A DNA stretch of 64,000 nucleotides, taken from the NCBI GenBank assembly GCA_963732355.1, contig CAVSZD010000010.1:50505-114504 (forward strand). Reading direction: 5' to 3'. Below are positions 57,215 to 64,000 of the stretch, in pieces (the stretch's first letter is position 1; each line of letters opens with the position of its first letter). The notes below the pieces were generated by a model that saw nothing but the letters and a program-made list of their open reading frames with translations, made no database searches and was not told where the DNA came from. Origin of the DNA: an uncultured Actinomycetota bacterium. GTDB taxonomy: Bacteria; Actinomycetota; Actinomycetes; S36-B12; UBA10799. Position numbers and translations under genes: made by a program.

Positions 57215-58000
57215 GTGGCCCAGAGGATCGAGGATGTCGCTGTAGTTCTGCGCACCTATCAACTGGGCGAGGCCGACAAGATCCTGAACCTCTTGACCGC
57301 CGAGCACGGGCTCATCCGGGCGGTGGCCAAAGGAGTGCGTAAGCCCACGTCCCGATTCGGGTCACGGTTGCAGCCGCTCAACCAGGTGCAGGTGCTGCTT
57401 TACCAGGGTCGAAATCTAGCCACGATCAGCAGTGTGGACTCCGTGAACCTGTACGGTTCGCAGATCGCAAGCGACTACGTGCGCTGGTCGGCCGGTCACG
57501 TGCTGGCCGAAGCCACGGAGCGTCTGGTCAGCGAGGAGATGGAACCCGCACGTCCGCACTACCGCCTCCTGGTCAGTGGCCTTGCGGCACTGCTTGATAC
57601 GGGCCGGGATCCCCGACTGGTGATTGATGCGTTCCTGCTGCGGGCCCTGGCCACCGGCGGCTGGGCGCCCAGTTTCTCCGACTGTGCCCAGTGTGGGGAT
57701 CCAGGACCCCACGGATGGATCCATCTGCCGTCTGGCGGCGCGGTGTGCGCACATTGCCGCCCCGCGGGTTCGGTGTCCATCAGCCCGGGCACCTCCGCGC
57801 TGTTGGCCGCTCTGCTCAGCGGGGACTGGCAGGTTCCAGATGCCGCGACCACCACCTCGCGCCGGGCCGCGTCTGGGGTCGTCGCCGCCTACCTGCAACT
57901 GCACCTCGAGCGGGATCTGCGCTCGTTGCCCATCGCCGATAAGGCCTGGCTGTCGGAACTCTCGGCGAAACTCATCAGCGAACAGGACGTGGTCGCGTGA
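57215..58000 (+). CDS. recO: DNA repair protein RecO
   Basis: ..[38 protein letters not shown] (OB fold) and the zinc motif CAQCG..17..CAHC. The start is GTG 57215. The long upstream part of ORF 56717.. is antisense to the transporter gene. Confidence 0.85.
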   Translation: MAQRIEDVAVVLRTYQLGEADKILNLLTAEHGLIRAVAKGVRKPTSRFGSRLQPLNQVQVLLYQGRNLATISSVDSVNLYGSQIASDYVRWSAGHVLAEATERLVSEEMEPARPHYRLLVSGLAALLDTGRDPRLVIDAFLLRALATGGWAPSFSDCAQCGDPGPHGWIHLPSGGAVCAHCRPAGSVSISPGTSALLAALLSGDWQVPDAATTTSRRAASGVVAAYLQLHLERDLRSLPIADKAWLSELSAKLISEQDVVA

Positions 58001-58773
58001 CAGTGCGACAACCGCCACCGCACCCCAGTGGTGTCCGGCCGCCGGGGCTCACGCCGGATCAGGTGCCCCAGCATGTGGCGGTGGTCATGGACGGAAACGG
58101 TCGCTGGGCCCAGCAGCGCGGCCTTCCCCGCACGGCCGGGCATGAGGCCGGCGAAGCGAGCCTGTTGGACTGCGTGCACGGGGCGCTGGAACTCGGGGTC
58201 AAGTGGCTGTCCGCCTACGCCTTCAGCACGGAGAACTGGCGGCGGTCTCCGGATGAGGTGCGGTTCCTGATGGGCTTCAATCGGGATGTCATCCGGCGCC
58301 GGCGCGATGAGATGAACGAGATGGGTGTCAGGATCCGCTGGTCGGGCAGGCGGCCCCGGCTGTGGCGCAGTGTCATCACCGAACTGGAGACGGCCGAGCG
58401 CATGACGGCCGGTAACGATCGGCTGACACTGACGATGTGTGTCAACTACGGGGGCCGGGCCGAGATCGTGGATGCTGCCGCCGCCTTGGCCAAGGATGTG
58501 CAAGCCGGCAAACTCGACCCCGACCGGATCAACGAGAAGTCCCTGAGTCGGTATCTCTACCAGCCAGCCATGCCGGACGTGGATCTGTTCGTGCGCTCAA
58601 GTGGTGAACAACGGACCAGCAACTTCCTGGTGTGGCAGTCCGCCTACGCCGAGATGGTCTTCCTGGACACGCTGTGGCCGGATTTCGACCGTCGCCACCT
58701 CTGGTACGCCTGTGAGTTGTACGCGGCTCGCGAGCGCCGGTACGGCGGGGTACCCACGCCACCTGCTGGGTGA
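57997..58773 (+). CDS. uppS: isoprenyl (undecaprenyl/decaprenyl) diphosphate synthase, cis-prenyltransferase
   Basis: [23 protein letters not shown], and the RSSGEQR(T)SNFL.WQ..Y.E. block. Confidence 0.9.
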   Translation: MTVRQPPPHPSGVRPPGLTPDQVPQHVAVVMDGNGRWAQQRGLPRTAGHEAGEASLLDCVHGALELGVKWLSAYAFSTENWRRSPDEVRFLMGFNRDVIRRRRDEMNEMGVRIRWSGRRPRLWRSVITELETAERMTAGNDRLTLTMCVNYGGRAEIVDAAAALAKDVQAGKLDPDRINEKSLSRYLYQPAMPDVDLFVRSSGEQRTSNFLVWQSAYAEMVFLDTLWPDFDRRHLWYACELYAARERRYGGVPTPPAG

Positions 58774-59634
58774 CTTCAGCCCGGTCGGTCGCTGCTGCTC
58801 GGTGTGACCAGTGGGCAGCTCCTGGTTGTCCGCGATGGTGTCCCCGAGCTCCAGCAGCCCGGTCAGCAGGTCGTCCGACGGCGCTGAAACCGTGAACGTG
58901 TCAACCGGTACTGCCGCGACCCCAGCCTCACGTGCCGCGCGCTCGACGGCTGGCTGCGCATCGAGGGTGTAGTACACCGCATCGACTGGCTGATCGGCCG
59001 GCTTCCAGAGGATCAAGGGCACCTGATCGAAGGCGTACGCGCGCGCCAAGTACGTGAGGACGGGAGCCTCGACGACCAGCGTCGCGATCCGGCAGGGGTT
59101 GAACTGCTCCTGAAGTCGCTGATCCACTTCCAGGGCCCTGGCTTCCACTGAGAGTGCGCGCAGGCCGTAGTACTGCGAGGCCTCGAACTGCGTGGGGCTG
59201 GCCGCAATCATGGTCACGGCCAGGCTCTGCGCCATCGGGGAGATGTTGACCGGGTCGAACCACACGTACGGGTCCTTGACGGCGGGATCGCGGGGGCTGG
59301 CCGTCAAGCCCACCTCCTGTGTCAGGTCGACCGCAGTGCCCTCGGGTAGCTGTGCGGCCGCCTGATCGACAGCGGGGTCCAGTCCCTTCACGTAGGCGAA
59401 GACATCGGCCCCAGCAGTTTGCACCTGCGAGGCGTCGATGCGCTCGACCTGCGCGGCGTCCCCACCCACCTGCTCGGCCAACCAGAAGGAGGGGAAGTCG
59501 ACGGCGGCCACCGTCACCGCCGGCGGAACCCCAGCAGAGGCGGTCGGGTCCGTCGCGGTACCCACGTTGCGACTGCAGCCAGCGACCAGGCCGGCGACCA
59601 GGACGACGATCGCCAGGATGCCCGAACGTCTCAT
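58597..59634 (-). CDS. lipoprotein, ZnuA/TroA-like solute-binding fold with degenerate metal-ligand motifs
   Basis: Lipobox LVAGC after [15 protein letters not shown]. It is collinear with cluster-9 SBPs, but the conserved DPHxW motif reads DPYVW. No ABC permease or ATPase gene is adjacent. The last 59 codons overlap the 3' end of uppS. Confidence 0.55.
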   Translation of the reverse strand: MRRSGILAIVVLVAGLVAGCSRNVGTATDPTASAGVPPAVTVAAVDFPSFWLAEQVGGDAAQVERIDASQVQTAGADVFAYVKGLDPAVDQAAAQLPEGTAVDLTQEVGLTASPRDPAVKDPYVWFDPVNISPMAQSLAVTMIAASPTQFEASQYYGLRALSVEARALEVDQRLQEQFNPCRIATLVVEAPVLTYLARAYAFDQVPLILWKPADQPVDAVYYTLDAQPAVERAAREAGVAAVPVDTFTVSAPSDDLLTGLLELGDTIADNQELPTGHTEQQRPTGLKSPSRWRGYPAVPALASRVQLTGVPEVATVEIRPQRVQEDHLGVGGLPHQEVAGPLFTT

Positions 59635-59942
59635 CCGCGACCGGTCGCTCGCAGGTAGGCCGCGCCGAGGACCAGGCCCACGGTGATCAGACGCATCACC
59701 CGCGAGGCGCCAGGAAGGATCGGCCAGGACAATGCCAGCAGCCAGCCCAGGAACAGCCCGAGAACGATCAACAGCGTCACCCCGATGGCGGCCGGGGCAA
59801 GCAGCCCGGCGACCAGGCACGCGGCCAGGGCGATCACGACCAGCGCCCTCGGGACCCGGTTCAGTGCCTGCAGGGGTCCGCGGCTCACATCCTCGAACCG
59901 GGTGCGGGCGCTGGGGGGCTGCGGCTGGCGGCTGTTGCTCAT
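59631..59942 (-). CDS. small integral membrane protein (103 aa)
   Basis: [23 protein letters not shown].. is followed by three hydrophobic helices. A GGAGG precedes ATG 59942, and the stop overlaps the lipoprotein start (ATGA). Confidence 0.55.
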   Translation of the reverse strand: MSNSRQPQPPSARTRFEDVSRGPLQALNRVPRALVVIALAACLVAGLLAPAAIGVTLLIVLGLFLGWLLALSWPILPGASRVMRLITVGLVLGAAYLRATGRG

Positions 59943-60014
59943 GCCTCCATGGTGACGCACCGCCGGTACGGGCGCGCAGATCACCCCGGGCCACCGCTGG
60001 GTACCCTTGACAGC

Positions 60015-61397
60015 GTGCCTATTGATCGTGTGGATGCCGTCGTCAACCTGAGCAAGCGCCGGGGGTTCGTGTTCCCGTCCTCGGAGATCTACGGGGGGAC
60101 CCGCTCGGCGTGGGACTACGGGCCGCTGGGCGTTGAGCTCAAGGAGAACATCCGCCGTCAGTGGTGGCAGTCGGTTGTCCGGGGCCGCGATGACGTTGTC
60201 GGTCTGGACTCCTCGGTGATCCTCGCCCCTCAGGTGTGGGAGGCCTCCGGCCACACCAACGCGTTCGTCGACCCGCTGACCGAGTGCAAGAAATGCCACA
60301 AGCGTTGGCGCGCCGACCAGTTGATCGAGGCCTACGAGGAGAAGCACGGGCACCCTCCGGAGAACGGTCTGGCCGACATCGTGTGCACCAACTGCGGCAC
60401 CCGCGGTGAGTTCACTGAACCCCGCGACTTCAACGGCATGCTGCGTACCATGGTCGGCCCGGTGCAGGACGCCGGCGCCGAGCACTTCCTTCGCCCCGAA
60501 ACCGCGCAGGGCATCTTCGTCAACTACCTCAACGTGATGAATGCCGCGCGTAAGAAGCCGCCGTTCGGCATCGGCCAAACAGGCAAGAGCTTCCGCAACG
60601 AGATCACACCGGGCAACTTCATCTTCCGCACCCGCGAGTTCGAGCAGATGGAGATGGAGTTCTTCGTCCAGCCGGGCAGCGACGAAGAATGGCACGAGTA
60701 CTGGATGCAGAACCGATGGGACTGGTATGTCGACCTGGGTATGGACCCGGCGAACATGCGGTTCTACGAGCACCCCAAGGAAAAGTTGTCGCACTACTCC
60801 AAGCGCACCGTCGACATCGAGTACCGCTTCCAGTTCGCGGGCTCACAATGGGCCGAACTCGAGGGGATCGCCAATCGGACCGACTTCGACCTGAGGACGC
60901 ACTCGGAGCATTCGGGCACGGATCTGTCGTACTTCGACCAGACCACAGGCGAGCGCTGGGTGCCGTTCGTCGTGGAGCCGGCAGCCGGTCTGACCCGTTG
61001 TGTTCTGGCCTTCCTGCTGGACGCTTATGCCGAAGATGAGGCACCGAACACCAAGGGTGGGGTCGATAAACGCACGGTGTTGCGCTTCGACCCGCGACTG
61101 GCCCCGGTCAAGGCCGCGGTCCTTCCGCTGAGCCGCAACGAGGCGCTGTCACCGAAGGCCAAGGACCTGGCCGCTGACCTGCGTAAGCGCTGGAACGTGG
61201 AGTTCGACGACGCCGGGCAGATCGGTCGGCGCTACCGCCGTCAGGACGAGATCGGTACTCCCTACTGTGTGACCGTCGACTTCGACACTCTCGAGGACAA
61301 CGCTGTGACCGTGCGCGAGCGCGACTCGATGGCCCAGGAGCGCATCGGGATCGATTCGGTCGTCTCGTGGTTGGCGCAGCGCCTGCCGACGTGCTGA
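60015..61397 (+). CDS. glyQS: glycine--tRNA ligase (class II, dimeric GlyQS type)
   Basis: ..[34 protein letters not shown].., the motif 2/3 regions and the anticodon-binding C-terminus. The start is GTG 60015. The upstream 232 codons of ORF 59319.. are antisense to two minus-strand genes. Confidence 0.9.
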   Translation: MPIDRVDAVVNLSKRRGFVFPSSEIYGGTRSAWDYGPLGVELKENIRRQWWQSVVRGRDDVVGLDSSVILAPQVWEASGHTNAFVDPLTECKKCHKRWRADQLIEAYEEKHGHPPENGLADIVCTNCGTRGEFTEPRDFNGMLRTMVGPVQDAGAEHFLRPETAQGIFVNYLNVMNAARKKPPFGIGQTGKSFRNEITPGNFIFRTREFEQMEMEFFVQPGSDEEWHEYWMQNRWDWYVDLGMDPANMRFYEHPKEKLSHYSKRTVDIEYRFQFAGSQWAELEGIANRTDFDLRTHSEHSGTDLSYFDQTTGERWVPFVVEPAAGLTRCVLAFLLDAYAEDEAPNTKGGVDKRTVLRFDPRLAPVKAAVLPLSRNEALSPKAKDLAADLRKRWNVEFDDAGQIGRRYRRQDEIGTPYCVTVDFDTLEDNAVTVRERDSMAQERIGIDSVVSWLAQRLPTC

Positions 61398-62524
61398 CGC
61401 TGGGGGACCACCGCCTGGAAGTACCGGTGGTTCTGGCACCCATGGCCGGGGTTACCAACCGGGCATTCCGGCGGATGTGCCGGGAATACGGCGCGGGGCT
61501 GTACGTAAGCGAGATGGTGACTTCGCGGGCGCTGGTGGAGCGCAACCCGGAGACGTTGGCGATGTGTGCCTTCGACGCCGACGAACAACCGCGTTCGGTG
61601 CAGTTGTACGGGGTGGATCCCGAGGTCATGGGCGCAGCCGTGCGGATGGTGGTCCAGCAGGACATGGCCGACCACATCGACTTGAACATGGGCTGCCCGG
61701 TGCCGAAGGTCACTCGCAAGGGCGGGGGAGCGGCGCTTCCGTGGAAGCTTGACCTGTTCCGATCGATCATCCGTGCGGCTGTCGTCAACGCCGATGGCCG
61801 GCCGGTGACCGTGAAGATGCGCATGGGCATCGATGACGAACACCTCACCTACCGCGACGCCGCCCGGATCGCAGCCGATGAAGGTGTGCACTGGGTCGCC
61901 CTGCATGCCAGGACCGCAGCCCAGATGTACTCCGGAACCGCCCACTGGGAAGCGATCGCCGACCTGGTGACCGACCTTGATGGGTTGCCGGTGCTCGGCA
62001 ATGGCGACATATGGACCGCCCAGGACGCCGCCGACATGATGGCAACCACCGGGTGTGCAGGAGTGGTCATCGGGCGTGGCTGCCTGGGAAGGCCCTGGCT
62101 CTTCGGGCAGTTGTCCCATTCACTCGGGCGCGGACCGGATATTCCCGACCCCACCACCGAGCAGGTGTGTACGATCCTGCGTCGGCACGCCGGGCTTCTG
62201 GTGGACACGTTCGGGGAGCACAAGGGGTGTCAGGAGATCCGCAAGCACATCGCCTGGTACTTCAAGGGGTACTCGGTGCGTCACCACCTGCGCCTGGATC
62301 TTGCCCACGTGAGCACGCTGGCCGAACTCGACGAACTGCTCGGGATGGTTGTCGACCACAACCGGGACCAAGTCCCCTCCCAAGAGGTGCTCGAGGCGCC
62401 CAGGGGCCGGACCTCAAGGCTCAAGCGGGTTGCCTTGCCCGAGGGCTGGCTGGACAGCCGGGAGGTCGCCGCAGCCCAGATGACCGGTGTACGAGAGGCC
62501 GAACTCTCGGTCAGCGGGGGATGA
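61367..62524 (+). CDS. dus: tRNA-dihydrouridine synthase
   Basis: [13 protein letters not shown], a TIM-barrel FMN site ..DLNMGCP.. and ..KMR.G. An alternative start is GTG 61391. Confidence 0.85.
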   Translation: MVGAAPADVLTLGDHRLEVPVVLAPMAGVTNRAFRRMCREYGAGLYVSEMVTSRALVERNPETLAMCAFDADEQPRSVQLYGVDPEVMGAAVRMVVQQDMADHIDLNMGCPVPKVTRKGGGAALPWKLDLFRSIIRAAVVNADGRPVTVKMRMGIDDEHLTYRDAARIAADEGVHWVALHARTAAQMYSGTAHWEAIADLVTDLDGLPVLGNGDIWTAQDAADMMATTGCAGVVIGRGCLGRPWLFGQLSHSLGRGPDIPDPTTEQVCTILRRHAGLLVDTFGEHKGCQEIRKHIAWYFKGYSVRHHLRLDLAHVSTLAELDELLGMVVDHNRDQVPSQEVLEAPRGRTSRLKRVALPEGWLDSREVAAAQMTGVREAELSVSGG

Positions 62525-62627
62525 CCCGCGCAGTTATCCACATTCGTGGCCCCCGCAGTGACGAATCCAACACGACTCGTACACAAACCCGGCGAAGTTC
62601 GACCCCTCATCTGAGACACTTGAGTGC

Positions 62628-63308
62628 ATGTCCGCCCCCACGATCGATCAGCGCCGCAGTGTTGGCGCGCCTCGTCGTCGGACGGTGACCAAACGTTCCC
62701 GATTCGTCGGTTTCCTCGTCTTCCTGATGCTTGCCGGGGTGACCGCCGCTCTATTGGCACCCGTTTGGGCGGGCTGGAGGGTCTTCTCCTCGGGCAATGT
62801 CGATGACCGACGAGCAAGTGACGCGATCGTGGTCCTCGGGGCCGCGCAGTACGACGGTCAGCCCTCACCGGTACTGAGTTCGCGCTTGGACCACGCATTG
62901 GTGCTGTTCGACCAGTCGGTGGCACCGCGCATCGTGACAGTTGGCGGCAAGCAACCGGGGGACCGCTACACCGAGGCCCGTGCCGGACTGAATTACCTGA
63001 CAGAACAAGGTGTCCCGGCCGCGTCGATCTCTGCTGTGAAGGCTGGGCGTGACACCCGTCAGAGCCTTGTCGCGGTGGCGGAGATGGCAAAACGGGAGGG
63101 CTGGAACGAAGTGACCCTGGTCTCCGATCCCGCCCACATGGCCCGGGTCGACGCCATTGCCCAGCAACTCGGTTTCAGTACTCACCTCAGCCCGACCCGC
63201 AAGGGCGACGGGTCATCCTTGACAGCTGAATACGTGGGTCGTGAGGCCGCGGGGTTGCTCGCCTTCGAGGTCGTGCAGCGCTGGAAGACACCCGATCTGC
63301 TCGATTGA
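62628..63308 (+). CDS. DUF218 (YdcF/ElyC/SanA-like) membrane-anchored protein
   Basis: An N-terminal TM helix is followed by ..[28 protein letters not shown]......P.IVTVGG..., typical of DUF218. Confidence 0.7.
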   Translation: MSAPTIDQRRSVGAPRRRTVTKRSRFVGFLVFLMLAGVTAALLAPVWAGWRVFSSGNVDDRRASDAIVVLGAAQYDGQPSPVLSSRLDHALVLFDQSVAPRIVTVGGKQPGDRYTEARAGLNYLTEQGVPAASISAVKAGRDTRQSLVAVAEMAKREGWNEVTLVSDPAHMARVDAIAQQLGFSTHLSPTRKGDGSSLTAEYVGREAAGLLAFEVVQRWKTPDLLD

Positions 63309-63309
63309 G

Positions 63310-64000
63310 ATGTCGCAGGACTACAGCCCGCAGGATCACGAGCGTTTCGTACCTGAGCCCGGCTACCCCGGACGCAGCGACTTCGCCCGAGACCGGGCCC
63401 GGGTTCTGCACAGTTCGGCGCTGCGCCGCCTGGCTGCCAAGACGCAGGTCCTCATGGCCGGCCAGCACGACTTCCCCCGCACCAGGTTGACCCACACCCT
63501 CGAAGTGGCCCAGATCGCCCGCGAACTCGGCGGATCGCTGGGCGCGGATCCCGATGTCGTGGACACCGCCGGACTGGCTCACGACCTGGGCCACCCACCG
63601 TTCGGGCACAACGGGGAGAGCGCCCTGGCCGACGTGAGCGAGGCCATCGGTGGCTTCGAGGGCAACGCCCAGAGCCTGCGGGTGCTCACCAGGCTCGAGT
63701 TCAAGGTCTTCGACGGTGATCGCAGTGTCGGGCTGAACCTCACCCGGGCCACACTCGACGCTGTGATCAAGTACCCGTGGTCGCGACGCAGTGGGACGCC
63801 CAAGTTCAACGTCTACGCCCAAGATCGCGACATCTTCGACTGGGTGCGTCTGGACGCGCCTGGAGAGCGCAGGTGTTTCGAGGCGCAGATCATGGACTGG
63901 GCCGACGACGTGGCCTACTGCGTGCACGACCTTGAGGACGCGATTGTGTCGGGATCCTTCGATCCCGCCGTGCTGGCCAGTCCTTCGGTCCGGGCAGACG
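63310..64000 (+). CDS. dgt: deoxyguanosinetriphosphate triphosphohydrolase-like protein (3' end outside the window)
   Basis: My own translation from ATG 63310 is [17 protein letters not shown]...[51 protein letters not shown] (HD domain). The frame is open to nt 64000. It is absent from the ORF track because no stop falls in the window. Confidence 0.85.
   Translation, partial: MSQDYSPQDHERFVPEPGYPGRSDFARDRARVLHSSALRRLAAKTQVLMAGQHDFPRTRLTHTLEVAQIARELGGSLGADPDVVDTAGLAHDLGHPPFGHNGESALADVSEAIGGFEGNAQSLRVLTRLEFKVFDGDRSVGLNLTRATLDAVIKYPWSRRSGTPKFNVYAQDRDIFDWVRLDAPGERRCFEAQIMDWADDVAYCVHDLEDAIVSGSFDPAVLASPSVRAD

Noticed and set aside
59319-60014. A 232-codon N-terminal extension of the glyS ORF.
   Set aside because: The extension is extremely Arg/Pro-rich. 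It is antisense to two minus-strand genes that have a signal peptide/lipobox and TM helices. GlyRS homology begins at GTG 60015 ([22 protein letters not shown]..).

Overview
This window is a GC-rich stretch of actinobacterial core chromosome. Gene content and order resemble Propionibacteriales- or Streptomyces-type genomes, but the taxon cannot be confirmed without a database search. All calls come from reading the supplied ORF translations for family motifs, from synteny, and from inspecting the DNA by eye.

About 60 genes are tightly packed, mostly on the + strand, and many are joined by 1-4 nt stop/start overlaps. In order they are:
- tig(partial)-clpP1-clpP2-clpX
- a secreted protein and a tocopherol-cyclase-like protein
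- valS, a PD40 beta-propeller protein, folC-DUF4233-ndk
- mreB-mreC-mreD-pbp2-rodA coupled to an uncharacterised radical-SAM pair
- rne-rplU-rpmA-obg-proB-proA-nadD-(LCP-like)-rsfS-histidine phosphatase
- a CBS protein, tRNA-Ala(GGC), peroxiredoxin, SGNH hydrolase, leuS, degV-plsY
- an HNH/DUF222 gene, comEA-comEC, holA-lepA, rpsT, an acyl-CoA ligase, hemW
- three proline-rich membrane proteins
- CIRCE-hrcA-dnaJ-rsmE-HIT-phoH-ybeY-corC-(cytidine-deaminase-like)-era
- an AI-2E transporter, recO-uppS, a small membrane protein plus an orphan ZnuA-like lipoprotein, glyS, dus, DUF218, dgt(partial)

I found no CRISPR array, rRNA, integrase, transposase, prophage or recognisable defence island. I cannot honestly point to a clear novel multi-gene system.

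The observations most worth a second look are:
1. A single-base insertion that breaks clpX.
2. A comEC 5' end that sits in a different frame and has no usable start codon.
3. A roughly 70-80 nt perfect-arm palindromic intergenic element present twice in opposite orientation, one copy abutting a 33-bp tandem repeat.
4. The uncharacterised radical-SAM pair, translationally chained to the MreB elongasome operon just upstream of rne.
5. A run of three proline-rich membrane protein genes.
6. An orphan, ligand-degenerate ZnuA-like lipoprotein whose ORF runs 177 nt into the convergent uppS gene.
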